This document shows positions 30,769 through 39,848 of a DNA stretch of 64,000 bases, piece by piece. The notes beneath the pieces are model-generated. The model made no database searches and was not told where the DNA came from. It was given only the letters and a program-made list of their open reading frames with translations. Positions within the stretch are counted from its first letter, which is position 1, and each line of letters starts with the position of its first letter. The stretch covers positions 124,001 to 188,000 of the IMG/VR virus record IMGVR_UViG_3300001782_000005, one strand, 5' to 3'. The position numbers were made by a program, and so were the translations under genes.

Positions 30769-31044
30769 CTAGTACGAATCCAAGTCATCTAATTTCTTAT
30801 AATCCCCACCTGTCATTAAGTGATCAATCCAATAAACTAATCCCCTACCTTCACACTTATCACAATATGAACCATCCCATGCCATATGGGTATTGTTGCC
30901 ATCAGTCCATTCTTGAATTCCGGCCAAACCTGTACCATCACAATGTTCACACTTAGTAGTAGCCTCTGGAGGTAATTTTTGAAGTTCTGTATATCTTCTT
31001 CTTAAAGAAATCATTCTCTTCGCAGAATGTCTAATTGCCATCAT
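30769..31044 (-). CDS. DnaJ-type zinc-finger protein
   Basis: CEHCDGTG and CDKCEGRG. Confidence 0.65.
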   Translation of the reverse strand: MMAIRHSAKRMISLRRRYTELQKLPPEATTKCEHCDGTGLAGIQEWTDGNNTHMAWDGSYCDKCEGRGLVYWIDHLMTGGDYKKLDDLDSY

Positions 31045-32027
31045 TTGCTCCCAACTGCTTTTCGATAATCCATTAGCACTTTAATAATTTCATATACACA
31101 GGCCATAAAATGCATTGAGGGAACCAAACAACTTCCATGACTATTTGAATATTTATTTACAACAATCTTTGCTGGAGCAGGAATGCCCTTCTTAAAAAAT
31201 AAATTTGAATATAAACTCCTATATTCAAGATCCCTCTCATCCAATCTCGAGATGATCATATTTACCGATTTACCTATCTTATGTTGTTGATCATTCTTTA
31301 AAGCATCAATTATCTCAGTAATACAACCAGCAATAACTCTCTCACTTGTTAGGGCAATATCTTTACTTACCCTCAAAGTATTAGTCCTTGAACTTCTCTG
31401 TAAATTATTGACGATCTTTCTAACATCTGGATAAAAACTATCAATAACAAATTTCAAATCATCTTCATTATACTTAATCTGCTCTCCACCGAGAATATTC
31501 TTACAATATTCAAGTACAAACTCAAGCGGCAATTGCTTAAAAAAATACTCTTGGGTTCTACTTTGAATTGCCTCAGGAAGTTTAGAAATATAATTACAAG
31601 TAAATAAAAAGCGACCATATTTCTCATATCTTTCGATTATTGACCTTAATGAGTGAAAACTAGCATCCGTCAGATAATCCGCTTCATCAATGAAAACAAC
31701 ACGAAAAGGATCGTTACCTGCTGGAGGGATTTTCAAGAAAGGTTCAATAACATCTTCAACAAATGATATACCTCTTGTTCTCTTTGATGAACCATTTATC
31801 TCAAGAAGATTATCATTTGCATTATTGAGAATTCCATTTTTCGAAACTAATATTCTAGCAACCGTTGTCTTGCCCCCACCCGGAGGACCATGAAATAAAA
31901 AATTTGCTATATCTCTCTGCTCAATACATTTCTTAAAATCTTCTTTATAATCATCTGGCAACACTAAATCATCAATAATTCTAGGTCTATACTTTTCAAC
32001 CCAAAGTCTTCCAAGAACTTGCTCCAT
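31041..32027 (-). CDS. Clamp loader AAA+ subunit (T4 gp44 / RFC-like)
   Basis: WVEKYRP, GPPGGGKTT, DEAD, SR; start reassigned to ATG 32027. Confidence 0.9.
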   Translation of the reverse strand: MEQVLGRLWVEKYRPRIIDDLVLPDDYKEDFKKCIEQRDIANFLFHGPPGGGKTTVARILVSKNGILNNANDNLLEINGSSKRTRGISFVEDVIEPFLKIPPAGNDPFRVVFIDEADYLTDASFHSLRSIIERYEKYGRFLFTCNYISKLPEAIQSRTQEYFFKQLPLEFVLEYCKNILGGEQIKYNEDDLKFVIDSFYPDVRKIVNNLQRSSRTNTLRVSKDIALTSERVIAGCITEIIDALKNDQQHKIGKSVNMIISRLDERDLEYRSLYSNLFFKKGIPAPAKIVVNKYSNSHGSCLVPSMHFMACVYEIIKVLMDYRKAVGSK

Positions 32028-32521
32028 CGCGACTCCATTAGCAATGATATCCTTCAACAGCATGAAGAAGCTGAAGTTGTTTCTGTGTTTCAATAAATTT
32101 GCCTATAGCTTCTTCACCTATAGCTTCTATGAAAGCATCTAAGGCTCTCCCGCCTGTTACTAATTTAACGTTTCCATCTTCTCCAAGTTTATGAAAATAT
32201 GGTTCAGCAATTTCTATATTTAACTTCTTTATTTGTTTAAAAATGAGTATATCAGCGGCTGCTCTAGTTGGGGCTGTAGCAGCATTAAACGAAATATATA
32301 ATCTTTCCTCATTTTCTTTATAAACTAAAATAAAATAATCACAAACAAATGTATGTATACCCGCTTTAGCTGGATCCCCCTGGTAAGTAAAGTCTGTTCC
32401 ATACTCATCTAATTTTTTAATTATTTTTTTAATCATGCTGTTCATATTAATTTCTCCAGCACTATTTATTTTTTATTTGTTCCATATCAAAAAAATTTAT
32501 ACTCATATGGTATGAAACCAA

Positions 32522-32549
32522 AAAAAAGAGTTGTGAACAACTCTTTTTT
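32522..32549. terminator. Intrinsic terminator (symmetric hairpin)
   Basis: AAAAAAGAGTTG-TGAA-CAACTCTTTTTT. Confidence 0.7.
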
Positions 32550-32764
32550 CTACATTTTACCAAGGGTTATTTTTAGGGTCTCAAATAATTGATCCATTGC
32601 GTGCTGTATTTCATCATTAGATATACAATTACGACCAAAACAGATCGAACAAATGGCAACCCCAATAAAATCACCATCCTCAACAATCATTCCTGTTGGA
32701 CGCTGACAGAGATTACACATAATCTCTGTGTCATCTATTGTTATGAAATCTTTATACTGTGCCA

Positions 32765-33355
32765 TTAATGTACCCCATTTAGTTTTGGTATAAGTATAGG
32801 ATCTCCTCTCCTACATCCAGGACACATCTTTACTTGCCACTCCATTATCCTCTCTTCAATAAGTGATTTTGTCTGAATGTATGGATGTTTCCAATATGTT
32901 CTATTCCAAATTGCAAATATTCCCGCAATAAAGGCCCCATCTTGCTCAGCCTTAAATGCTAAAGCACTAACAGAACTTCCGGTGGTAATTACGTCTTCAA
33001 TTATAATAAGGTTACACCCTGAAAGGTTATGCACTGAAGTTGATCTAAATCTAAATGGATCATTCCATTCATTAACTTTCTCTGCAAATATAAACCTCAC
33101 ACCCAGTTTGTAGGCTAACATGCCTGCCAAAATCCCTCCAGCGTCTGGTGGGCCAGTAATTGTATCAAACTTATATTCAAAGAGAGAGAGTTGAGTAGCT
33201 AACGCATCAACAACTTTTGTTCTCAATATTTCATCATACAGTATCAAGTCTTTATTTACATATTTGAGTGTATGATTTCCTGAACTAAGCTGAAAATGAC
33301 CTTCTACTACAACTCCCCTCTTAACCAAAAGATCCCTAAGGTTTGTTTTTACCAT
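32765..33355 (-). CDS. pyrE: Orotate phosphoribosyltransferase
   Basis: GHFQLSSG.H, PRPP loop IIIEDVITTGSS, C-terminal CPGC. Confidence 0.8.
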   Translation of the reverse strand: MVKTNLRDLLVKRGVVVEGHFQLSSGNHTLKYVNKDLILYDEILRTKVVDALATQLSLFEYKFDTITGPPDAGGILAGMLAYKLGVRFIFAEKVNEWNDPFRFRSTSVHNLSGCNLIIIEDVITTGSSVSALAFKAEQDGAFIAGIFAIWNRTYWKHPYIQTKSLIEERIMEWQVKMCPGCRRGDPILIPKLNGVH

Positions 33356-33770
33356 TCCCTTTCCTTACCATGTTATCAACTACATTTTCAATAAGTTCTT
33401 TATTCAACATAGGAAATGAGTCAATAAAATATTTCTCAGTCCTAATTCGGCATTCTTCACATCTACTAACTAAATCACACCATGCCTTGTTTATAGCGAA
33501 AGAATTCATTTTGATACCTTTCATCCAGGTATCCAAATAAGGAGTAACATCCTCAAGTGGAGATTTATGATTATATCCTCTATATTTCATTTCCTCGACA
33601 ATTTCATCATGCCTATCTCCCAGATATTGAGGAACGAGAAAATGTTTTTGAATATAACCCTTAACTGAGCGACCTCCCCTAATAGTTCCAACAAACATAT
33701 GATGTTCGAGATGCTCTCCAAGTAAGTGTTGTCTGCACATTAATCTAGGTGGTAAAAACCATTGTCTCAT
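33336..33770 (-). CDS. denV: Pyrimidine-dimer DNA glycosylase (endonuclease V family)
   Basis: L.RQHLLGEH.E, EM..RGY.H.SPL. Confidence 0.7.
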   Translation of the reverse strand: MRQWFLPPRLMCRQHLLGEHLEHHMFVGTIRGGRSVKGYIQKHFLVPQYLGDRHDEIVEEMKYRGYNHKSPLEDVTPYLDTWMKGIKMNSFAINKAWCDLVSRCEECRIRTEKYFIDSFPMLNKELIENVVDNMVRKGNGKNKP

Positions 33771-33786
33771 TTGATCTCCTTATCAA

Positions 33787-34158
33787 TTAGAATATGCAGA
33801 GGTATGTAATTACAAAACCATAAATGAGAAGGCTAATAAAAGGAGAGAGAACCTTTAGATCATCAATAGCTGATTTAGTTTTTGTTCTCTTCTGAGTATA
33901 ATTACTATACTTAATACACCCTTCTGTACATATAGCTCCAATAATACATTCTCTACATGGATTTTTACAAAGAGAATCAAGCAACCACGAAGAGCTTCTC
34001 CTTCGCTCTAGTAACTCCTGTGTATAACCACCTTCGGTAATAGTCATCGTCCCAATATCGACTCCTTTCCTCAAATAAAACAACTTTTTTCCACTCACTC
34101 CCCTGTGCTCTATGGACAGAAATAGCATAACCAAAATCAAAAAGGTCAATACTATCAA
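33787..34158 (-). CDS. Cx2Cx5Cx3C protein with C-terminal TM (true start likely near 34049)
   Basis: NPCRECIIGAICTEGC. Confidence 0.5.
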   Translation of the reverse strand: MIVLTFLILVMLFLSIEHRGVSGKKLFYLRKGVDIGTMTITEGGYTQELLERRRSSSWLLDSLCKNPCRECIIGAICTEGCIKYSNYTQKRTKTKSAIDDLKVLSPFISLLIYGFVITYLCIF

Positions 34159-35251
34159 ATCCCGTTCCTTTTATCCTTTCCCTATTCTTCTTAAAGTCCG
34201 CTTTATCAACAACATCACCATATGACTCAACACCAAAACAGCAATTATGAACCAGTCCAGTATACATATCGTTAAAATCATCCATCTCAATAGTGACATT
34301 ATACATATCATCAGAAACGGGCAGCAACCACATAAGGGTTCCAAGTTGGCCATTCATTATCTTAGTAACATAATTATTTCGTAGACAAATAAGTCTCTCA
34401 CCAGGATACGGATCAGGAGCATCAAAACCAAACTTTTGCCTGATCATACTATTTATCAATACCCTAGACTTATTCATCCCACATAAGGCAATGACATCCT
34501 CATTAAAATCAATTGCTTCAAAAATTTCTCGTGATTTCCTTTCACGCCAAGCAATCTTAAAAACGCCCGGATCATGAACTCCATATGGAATTGATCCATT
34601 ATTTCTAACAATCATTGATAATTTTATAATTGGATTTCCCAATGCCTGCCTGTGAATATCTCTGAGAATATAATCTGGTTTCTTCATCAGATAAAAATCT
34701 TCCCCAACAGGAGGCAATTGTCCATGATCTCCAAAAGCAACAATTGGTACCTGGTAACTGTTTAGATCTTTCCATATCTCTTCATTGACCATAGATGCCT
34801 CATCAATTATGATCATATCACAAGGGATCTCAAGTTTCTTTTTCCAACCACTAATTACTTTCTTTCCCCATTTATCTATTTTATATATTGGTTGGTATAC
34901 TAAAGAATGAATAGTCCCAATAAAATCTGCGGAATAGACTGCGTCAGCATCTCGTAACCTTGTAGCAAGAACTGAAGATGCTTTGCCTGTAAATGCACAA
35001 AAAGCAACAGTATATCCTCTTCCAATTTTATAAATTTCATTTCTGAGATGTGGAATAAGGTGAGTCTTGCCAGTACCTGCATATCCACCAACTAGTCTAT
35101 AATTATCCGGTTTTGGAACAACCAAACCTTCAAAATCAGAACTGGCAAATACTCTAACATAACTGGGTTTGATTACATACCTAACCCAATCTACTAACTC
35201 CTTTAAAACATGGGATTGTTCAGAACTTAGATTATTCACTGTAGTCCTCAA
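33977..35251 (-). CDS. dda: SF1B helicase (Dda/RecD-like)
   Basis: GYAGTGKT, DEASM, GD..QLPP, HRQ, NG..G, YA.SVH.AQGSE, YT..TRA. Confidence 0.9.
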   Translation of the reverse strand: MRTTVNNLSSEQSHVLKELVDWVRYVIKPSYVRVFASSDFEGLVVPKPDNYRLVGGYAGTGKTHLIPHLRNEIYKIGRGYTVAFCAFTGKASSVLATRLRDADAVYSADFIGTIHSLVYQPIYKIDKWGKKVISGWKKKLEIPCDMIIIDEASMVNEEIWKDLNSYQVPIVAFGDHGQLPPVGEDFYLMKKPDYILRDIHRQALGNPIIKLSMIVRNNGSIPYGVHDPGVFKIAWRERKSREIFEAIDFNEDVIALCGMNKSRVLINSMIRQKFGFDAPDPYPGERLICLRNNYVTKIMNGQLGTLMWLLPVSDDMYNVTIEMDDFNDMYTGLVHNCCFGVESYGDVVDKADFKKNRERIKGTGFDSIDLFDFGYAISVHRAQGSEWKKVVLFEERSRYWDDDYYRRWLYTGVTRAKEKLFVVA

Positions 35252-35501
35252 GTAATTTTGTTATTTTAACTAACACATGACCAAGAAATTTTCTCGGATC
35301 CTTAATATTCTTTAACTCAATCTGACTAAGAAGTATGGTCTTTAAATCAGTAAAAAATGAATCAAATCCAATAGCGATACCCGATGGTGTCTTCTCTTTG
35401 GCCATCAAACACTTCTTACCTGGAGTAATTGGATGTATAAAACCACACTCAGGACATGTATCGCCTCTAGTCTGAATGTCGCCTGTTTTCATAGACCACC
35501 T

Positions 35502-35654
35502 CTAAAAGAAAATCCATTTAATGTATTTACTAATCCCAATCAACCAAGGGATTAAACCAAATAAAATAAATACCAAAAGTGCCCCCCAAACAATAACCTT
35601 AGCAGAAAGGTCATCTCCTTCACGCTTCCAATATTCAATTGCTCTTTCTATCAT
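35502..35654 (-). CDS. Small membrane protein (50 aa, not in ORF track)
   Basis: ATG with GGAG RBS; TM helix; GAACAAA motif upstream. Confidence 0.5.
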   Translation of the reverse strand: MIERAIEYWKREGDDLSAKVIVWGALLVFILFGLIPWLIGISKYIKWIFF

Positions 35655-36728
35655 GACTACTCCAATCTTTTTATTTATTTTTTGTTCCCCCCCAGGATTA
35701 AAGTATCCCGGGAGGGGACAAATGTTATAGAAAAATTTCAGACCACCCCATCTCCTCTTTCTTCAAAACTGCTCTAGCATTTCTAATAGCTTCGGGTAAT
35801 ATAAGTATAGGTTTAACACAGGCCCAACAACGATGTATTCCCGACACGGGCGGTTGATTATGGGTTTTGTTACCACAGTCTCCACACTCAAAACTCATAA
35901 ACTCCTGACCACCTTTCATAGTTAAGGTTATCTCTCTCATGACCGAATTCTTGTTGTAACGAATTTTCGTGTGACAAGTCATTTTTTGTGCCTCCTCATT
36001 ATTTTTAGAACTTTCTCTGTAAGGATCATCCAACCGTCATCATATCTATGTTTAATATTATGATCCTCAAACCCGCGCGGTCTTACAATTTTATAAGTAT
36101 AAATTTTCCTCCTCTTGCTTCTACTTTCTTGTCTCCTCACTTGAATTTGACCTATTCTCTCAAAATCCACATATGCACATATTATTAACAAGTTATCCGT
36201 CCTCCCTCAAAACTTTAAAATCAAAAGGACCCAAATTCCCACTATAAACCTGATCAATAAAATTCTGCTCCTGAGTCATGAGAAGATTTATTGCCTTCTT
36301 GTCATTCGTATATCCTATATGATTAGGATCAATATATTCAAGAGTCATTATCCGCTCACTATCAGTTACAGGAAAGAACCTAAGACCTTTCTCTTCTGAA
36401 GCATCAATTATGCTCGGTATCCCATCAGTAAGTCTAAGTCCACACTCTTTAGCAATCCATTCAACATAAACTTTATCCTCAATAGGAATAGACATAACTC
36501 CCCATATCATCTCTTCCCACTTGACCATGACAAGTTGAAATAAATCATTCTTAGGAGTATCTGGAGGATAATGTCTATATTCCAAAATAGACCCAAATAG
36601 ACCTACACCAATCCTAATAGGTATCAACATACCAATTATAAAAAATCTACTCTCATCTTTAGTCATCTCCCTGAGTTCATCATCGTTCATTGGACGACTT
36701 ATCTCTGGTATTGGCATATATCCTCCCT

Positions 36729-37757
36729 CTACTTTTTTATTTTCCCTATCTTATAATCTTTCTCAATAATGCCTACCTTCTTATCTCCCCTAGTATGCAT
36801 TGGAACCCAATATACACCTTTATGACGTCCAAAAAGACCTCGTCCCTCTCGACAATCTCGAAAGTGACCTCGACAAATATGAAGAGCTCGTCTCAAACCT
36901 ACTTTATCACTCTTCCCCTCATATTTCAAAATTTTCCTTGCTGCATCTATTTCGAGAGTTTTAAATTTCATTAGAGGTCTTTTTCCCTTTTTCTCTCGAT
37001 ATTTGTTAATTCTCACTTCACTTTTTCTCTCAACTGCTTCAACATTCTTACAGTGTAGTAAAGATACTCCAAAGAGAGAAGGAAGTATAGTTGTGAAGAA
37101 AATAAGATTATTAACATCTTCACCATCATCGAATCCTGCTAATGTAGGAGCAGGTTTTACAACTGGAAGGTGATCAAATTCACTAACTCTCTTAGTCGCA
37201 AACAGTTCTTGACCTTGATCATCAAGGTAACTATTATATATACCGGCACAACTATAACCTTCCTTGAATTTCATACTTTTTAAAAAGATTATATGAATAA
37301 CAACCCAATTAATTAAGCTATCATCCATATGAACTAATCTTCCTTCTACTTCTAGTTGATGACTCCAAAGACCAATTCTAGAGATTCGTCGAAATAATTT
37401 CCCATGATCTTTTTTTGAAAGGCCAAGCGAAAATGCACCAACTCTCTTTACCCTAGAGAAATAATTCTTTACCAGTTCATTAGCAATTGATATAGTAGGA
37501 ACTGTAAACTCAAACCAACTAAATGGCCACGGTGGCGATAAGCAAGGAAATATTTTACTATCCCACCAAGACCACACATCCTTCTCGCCAGTATATATCC
37601 ATTTTGAGACGTTAGATAACTCAACAAAGGTAGTATGACCAAGTAGAACTTCCTCTACATCTATACTTATCTCATGGAAAATATAAGCACTAAGTTGCTC
37701 AATTAAAAACTTTATATCATAGATAATATCATCTAGATATTCATCAATAAACATCAC
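36729..37757 (-). CDS. Conserved phage protein with C-terminal H..RGH.R motif
   Basis: LHICRGHFR...WV..H.RG...G...KDY pattern common in phage hypotheticals. Confidence 0.55.
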   Translation of the reverse strand: MMFIDEYLDDIIYDIKFLIEQLSAYIFHEISIDVEEVLLGHTTFVELSNVSKWIYTGEKDVWSWWDSKIFPCLSPPWPFSWFEFTVPTISIANELVKNYFSRVKRVGAFSLGLSKKDHGKLFRRISRIGLWSHQLEVEGRLVHMDDSLINWVVIHIIFLKSMKFKEGYSCAGIYNSYLDDQGQELFATKRVSEFDHLPVVKPAPTLAGFDDGEDVNNLIFFTTILPSLFGVSLLHCKNVEAVERKSEVRINKYREKKGKRPLMKFKTLEIDAARKILKYEGKSDKVGLRRALHICRGHFRDCREGRGLFGRHKGVYWVPMHTRGDKKVGIIEKDYKIGKIKK

Positions 37758-37766
37758 AATCTCCTT

Positions 37767-38159
37767 TCATATACCAATTCTCTCAAGTCCAAATGGACTG
37801 GCATTAAATCTATGCCTACATTTAGCACACATTATATTAGTACAAAGTCCTCCTTGAGGTCCCTCAAGAAATTCCCGACCACCACAATCCGGACAGCAAT
37901 TATACTTTCTAGCTATCCTTGTTAATTCTTCATCATCCATCACAACCTTATCACATATTTCAGTACAATTAGTTGTAACTATACAATCAGTGCAGGGAAA
38001 TAATTCTCTTTCAATTCTCATAACTACATTTGTTGGTTTAACCATTTCATAGGTAACTTCTGATGGATGCTCATATTCTCCATCTTTCAAAAACCCAAAA
38101 AGTTTAAACATCTGAGTACAGAAATCCCAAACGAATGACATTTTTTTCCTTTCTACCAA
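37767..38159 (-). CDS. Cx2Cx5Cx3C plus Zn-ribbon protein
   Basis: FPCTDCIVTTNCTEIC; CPDC...CAKC. Confidence 0.6.
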   Translation of the reverse strand: MVERKKMSFVWDFCTQMFKLFGFLKDGEYEHPSEVTYEMVKPTNVVMRIERELFPCTDCIVTTNCTEICDKVVMDDEELTRIARKYNCCPDCGGREFLEGPQGGLCTNIMCAKCRHRFNASPFGLERIGI

Positions 38160-38461
38160 CCAGGTCCAGCTACAGAATATTTATAACTACAACCTTTACA
38201 TCTATAAATATTTCCCAATGCTGGCGGTTGACAATCACGAAACCATTCGGTTTCTCCGGTTCTTTGAATAATTCCCCCACAGTATGGACACATACCCGGA
38301 TATATATCACTTATGTAGCTAACTTGTGCCTGGTCAACTTTATCACACCTCTCTTGGCAAGTCTGAATCAATATGCATCCGGTACATGGATATTTGAATC
38401 TTCTAATTTCCCACTCGTATTTTAACTTCTTTATCCACATTCTAAACCGATAACCCACCAT
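38153..38461 (-). CDS. Cx2Cx5Cx3C plus Zn-ribbon protein (tandem paralog)
   Basis: YPCTGCILIQTCQERC; CPYC...CKGC; start at ATG 38461 after AAGGAGG. Confidence 0.6.
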   Translation of the reverse strand: MVGYRFRMWIKKLKYEWEIRRFKYPCTGCILIQTCQERCDKVDQAQVSYISDIYPGMCPYCGGIIQRTGETEWFRDCQPPALGNIYRCKGCSYKYSVAGPGW

Positions 38462-38505
38462 ACCCTCCTTCCAATTAAAAAAATCAACAAGTCTATTATT
38501 CATAA

Positions 38506-38519
38506 ATTAATATATATAG
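38506..38519 (-). promoter_or_regulatory. Putative early promoter CTATATATATTAAT (copy 3)
   Basis: Exact motif at the major strand switch. Confidence 0.75.
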
Positions 38520-38624
38520 TGGATTGAAGGTTTAAAAATAAGAAAATTTCTACTGAATGAGATACTTTTTTAGAATATAGTAACAAATGAATGATAGAAT
38601 CAGTTTGGAGGGAGTAGTGCAAAT

Positions 38625-39569
38625 ATGAATATAAAAATTGAACGATCTATACGACAAGCATTGTGTCCATGTAGGTATGGTTCGTGGGGTAGTAAATTCA
38701 AATGTAGCTCCTTAAATGGTTCAAAACCATTATTTAATATAGATCATATGCTACTAGTTAACATTATTCAAGATATGTTAATTCAGAATTATTGGGATGG
38801 GAGGAACAACGGAGAAATACCCAAATCCTGGAAAAATCCAATAGTTTGGAAAGGTATTAAACCATTGATACATAGAGGAGATTGGTTCAATATATATAAT
38901 GGTACATCAACTGAGCGTTCAAAAGATTATACTTATACCTATCTATATAATAAATATCCCTTTCTAAAGGAGCGTATAAAACATGCCGGATCATTGAAAA
39001 AGTTGATTCTAGAGCTTAATAATATGAGATTCAACTTAGTTATGAGAGTAAGAGCAGTATATCATGCGAAAAAGAAGATGTACAATTATCAAACTCATAA
39101 AGATTATAATAAAGAATATCCTGAATACGATAGTTTCTTTATGAATACAATGAATAAACCAGCATCAAAATTATTTAACTTTGAGATAACCAAGGAAGAA
39201 AAATTTAGTAGAGGTGGTATATCAGATATTGAATTTCATATAAAGATGAACAATATATACTTCTATTCAATGTACCAGGGTGCCATGTATGTAACTATCG
39301 ACTGGATACCCGAGGAGATATATACCCTGAAGATGAACAATTATAGTAAATTTCTTTATATACTAATGCTAGCAGGGAAGGTAAAAAAGGACTATGAGTA
39401 TAACTTGGGTGAAATAGTTGAAAAACTACAGCTGAAACCTAATCAAAAGAAGAGTCAATTATGTATGCTCATTGATAGGTACTTAGATGATCTGGTGCAA
39501 AATAACTTTATCGAAGTAGAATCAAGGGGTGGATTTAAGAATAGAAGATATATTATAAATAGAAAGTGA
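38625..39569 (+). CDS. Putative replication initiator / winged-helix DNA-binding protein
   Basis: Basic; C-terminal wHTH-like (L.EI.EKL...YLDDLV...FIEV...G....Y.I); directly followed by tandem repeats. Confidence 0.5.
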   Translation: MNIKIERSIRQALCPCRYGSWGSKFKCSSLNGSKPLFNIDHMLLVNIIQDMLIQNYWDGRNNGEIPKSWKNPIVWKGIKPLIHRGDWFNIYNGTSTERSKDYTYTYLYNKYPFLKERIKHAGSLKKLILELNNMRFNLVMRVRAVYHAKKKMYNYQTHKDYNKEYPEYDSFFMNTMNKPASKLFNFEITKEEKFSRGGISDIEFHIKMNNIYFYSMYQGAMYVTIDWIPEEIYTLKMNNYSKFLYILMLAGKVKKDYEYNLGEIVEKLQLKPNQKKSQLCMLIDRYLDDLVQNNFIEVESRGGFKNRRYIINRK

Positions 39570-39572
39570 GGT

Positions 39573-39666
39573 AAAAAGTATATTCATTACCCAAAAAGTA
39601 TATTCATTACCCAAAAAGTATATTCATTACCCAAAAAGTATATTCATTACCCAAAAAGTATATTCA
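39573..39666 (+). repeat. Perfect 20-bp tandem direct repeats (iteron/centromere-like)
   Basis: AAAAAGTATATTCATTACCC x4 plus a 14-bp partial copy, no spacers. Confidence 0.95.
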
Positions 39667-39848
39667 AGAGGCCATAAAAATTTGAATAAAATTAAAGATT
39701 TACAGAACCACATTTTCCCTGATTTATGATAATGATTTATGACACTCCGGTGTGGTTCATTGGTTTCACCACACCAAAGTGCTTTTGGGCATACGCCTTA
39801 TACGTTAAAGAACAAATCAAAAAGAAAAACAAAAAAGGAGATCAACGA

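Noticed and set aside
28135-32027. Archaeal or eukaryotic-virus origin suggested by PCNA/RFC-like genes and a TATA-like motif
   Set aside because: The peptidoglycan amidase, lipoboxes, PilZ, KhpA and strong Shine-Dalgarno sites point to a bacterial host; T4-like phages also encode such clamps and loaders
404-38425. Plus-strand ORFs in the left arm (e.g. 4078-4452, 6857-7138, 13764-14102) and antisense ORFs inside the GT genes
   Set aside because: They are shadows of better-supported opposite-strand genes and lack RBS or motifs
39573-39666. CRISPR array
   Set aside because: The repeats are contiguous with no spacers, and no cas operon is adjacent
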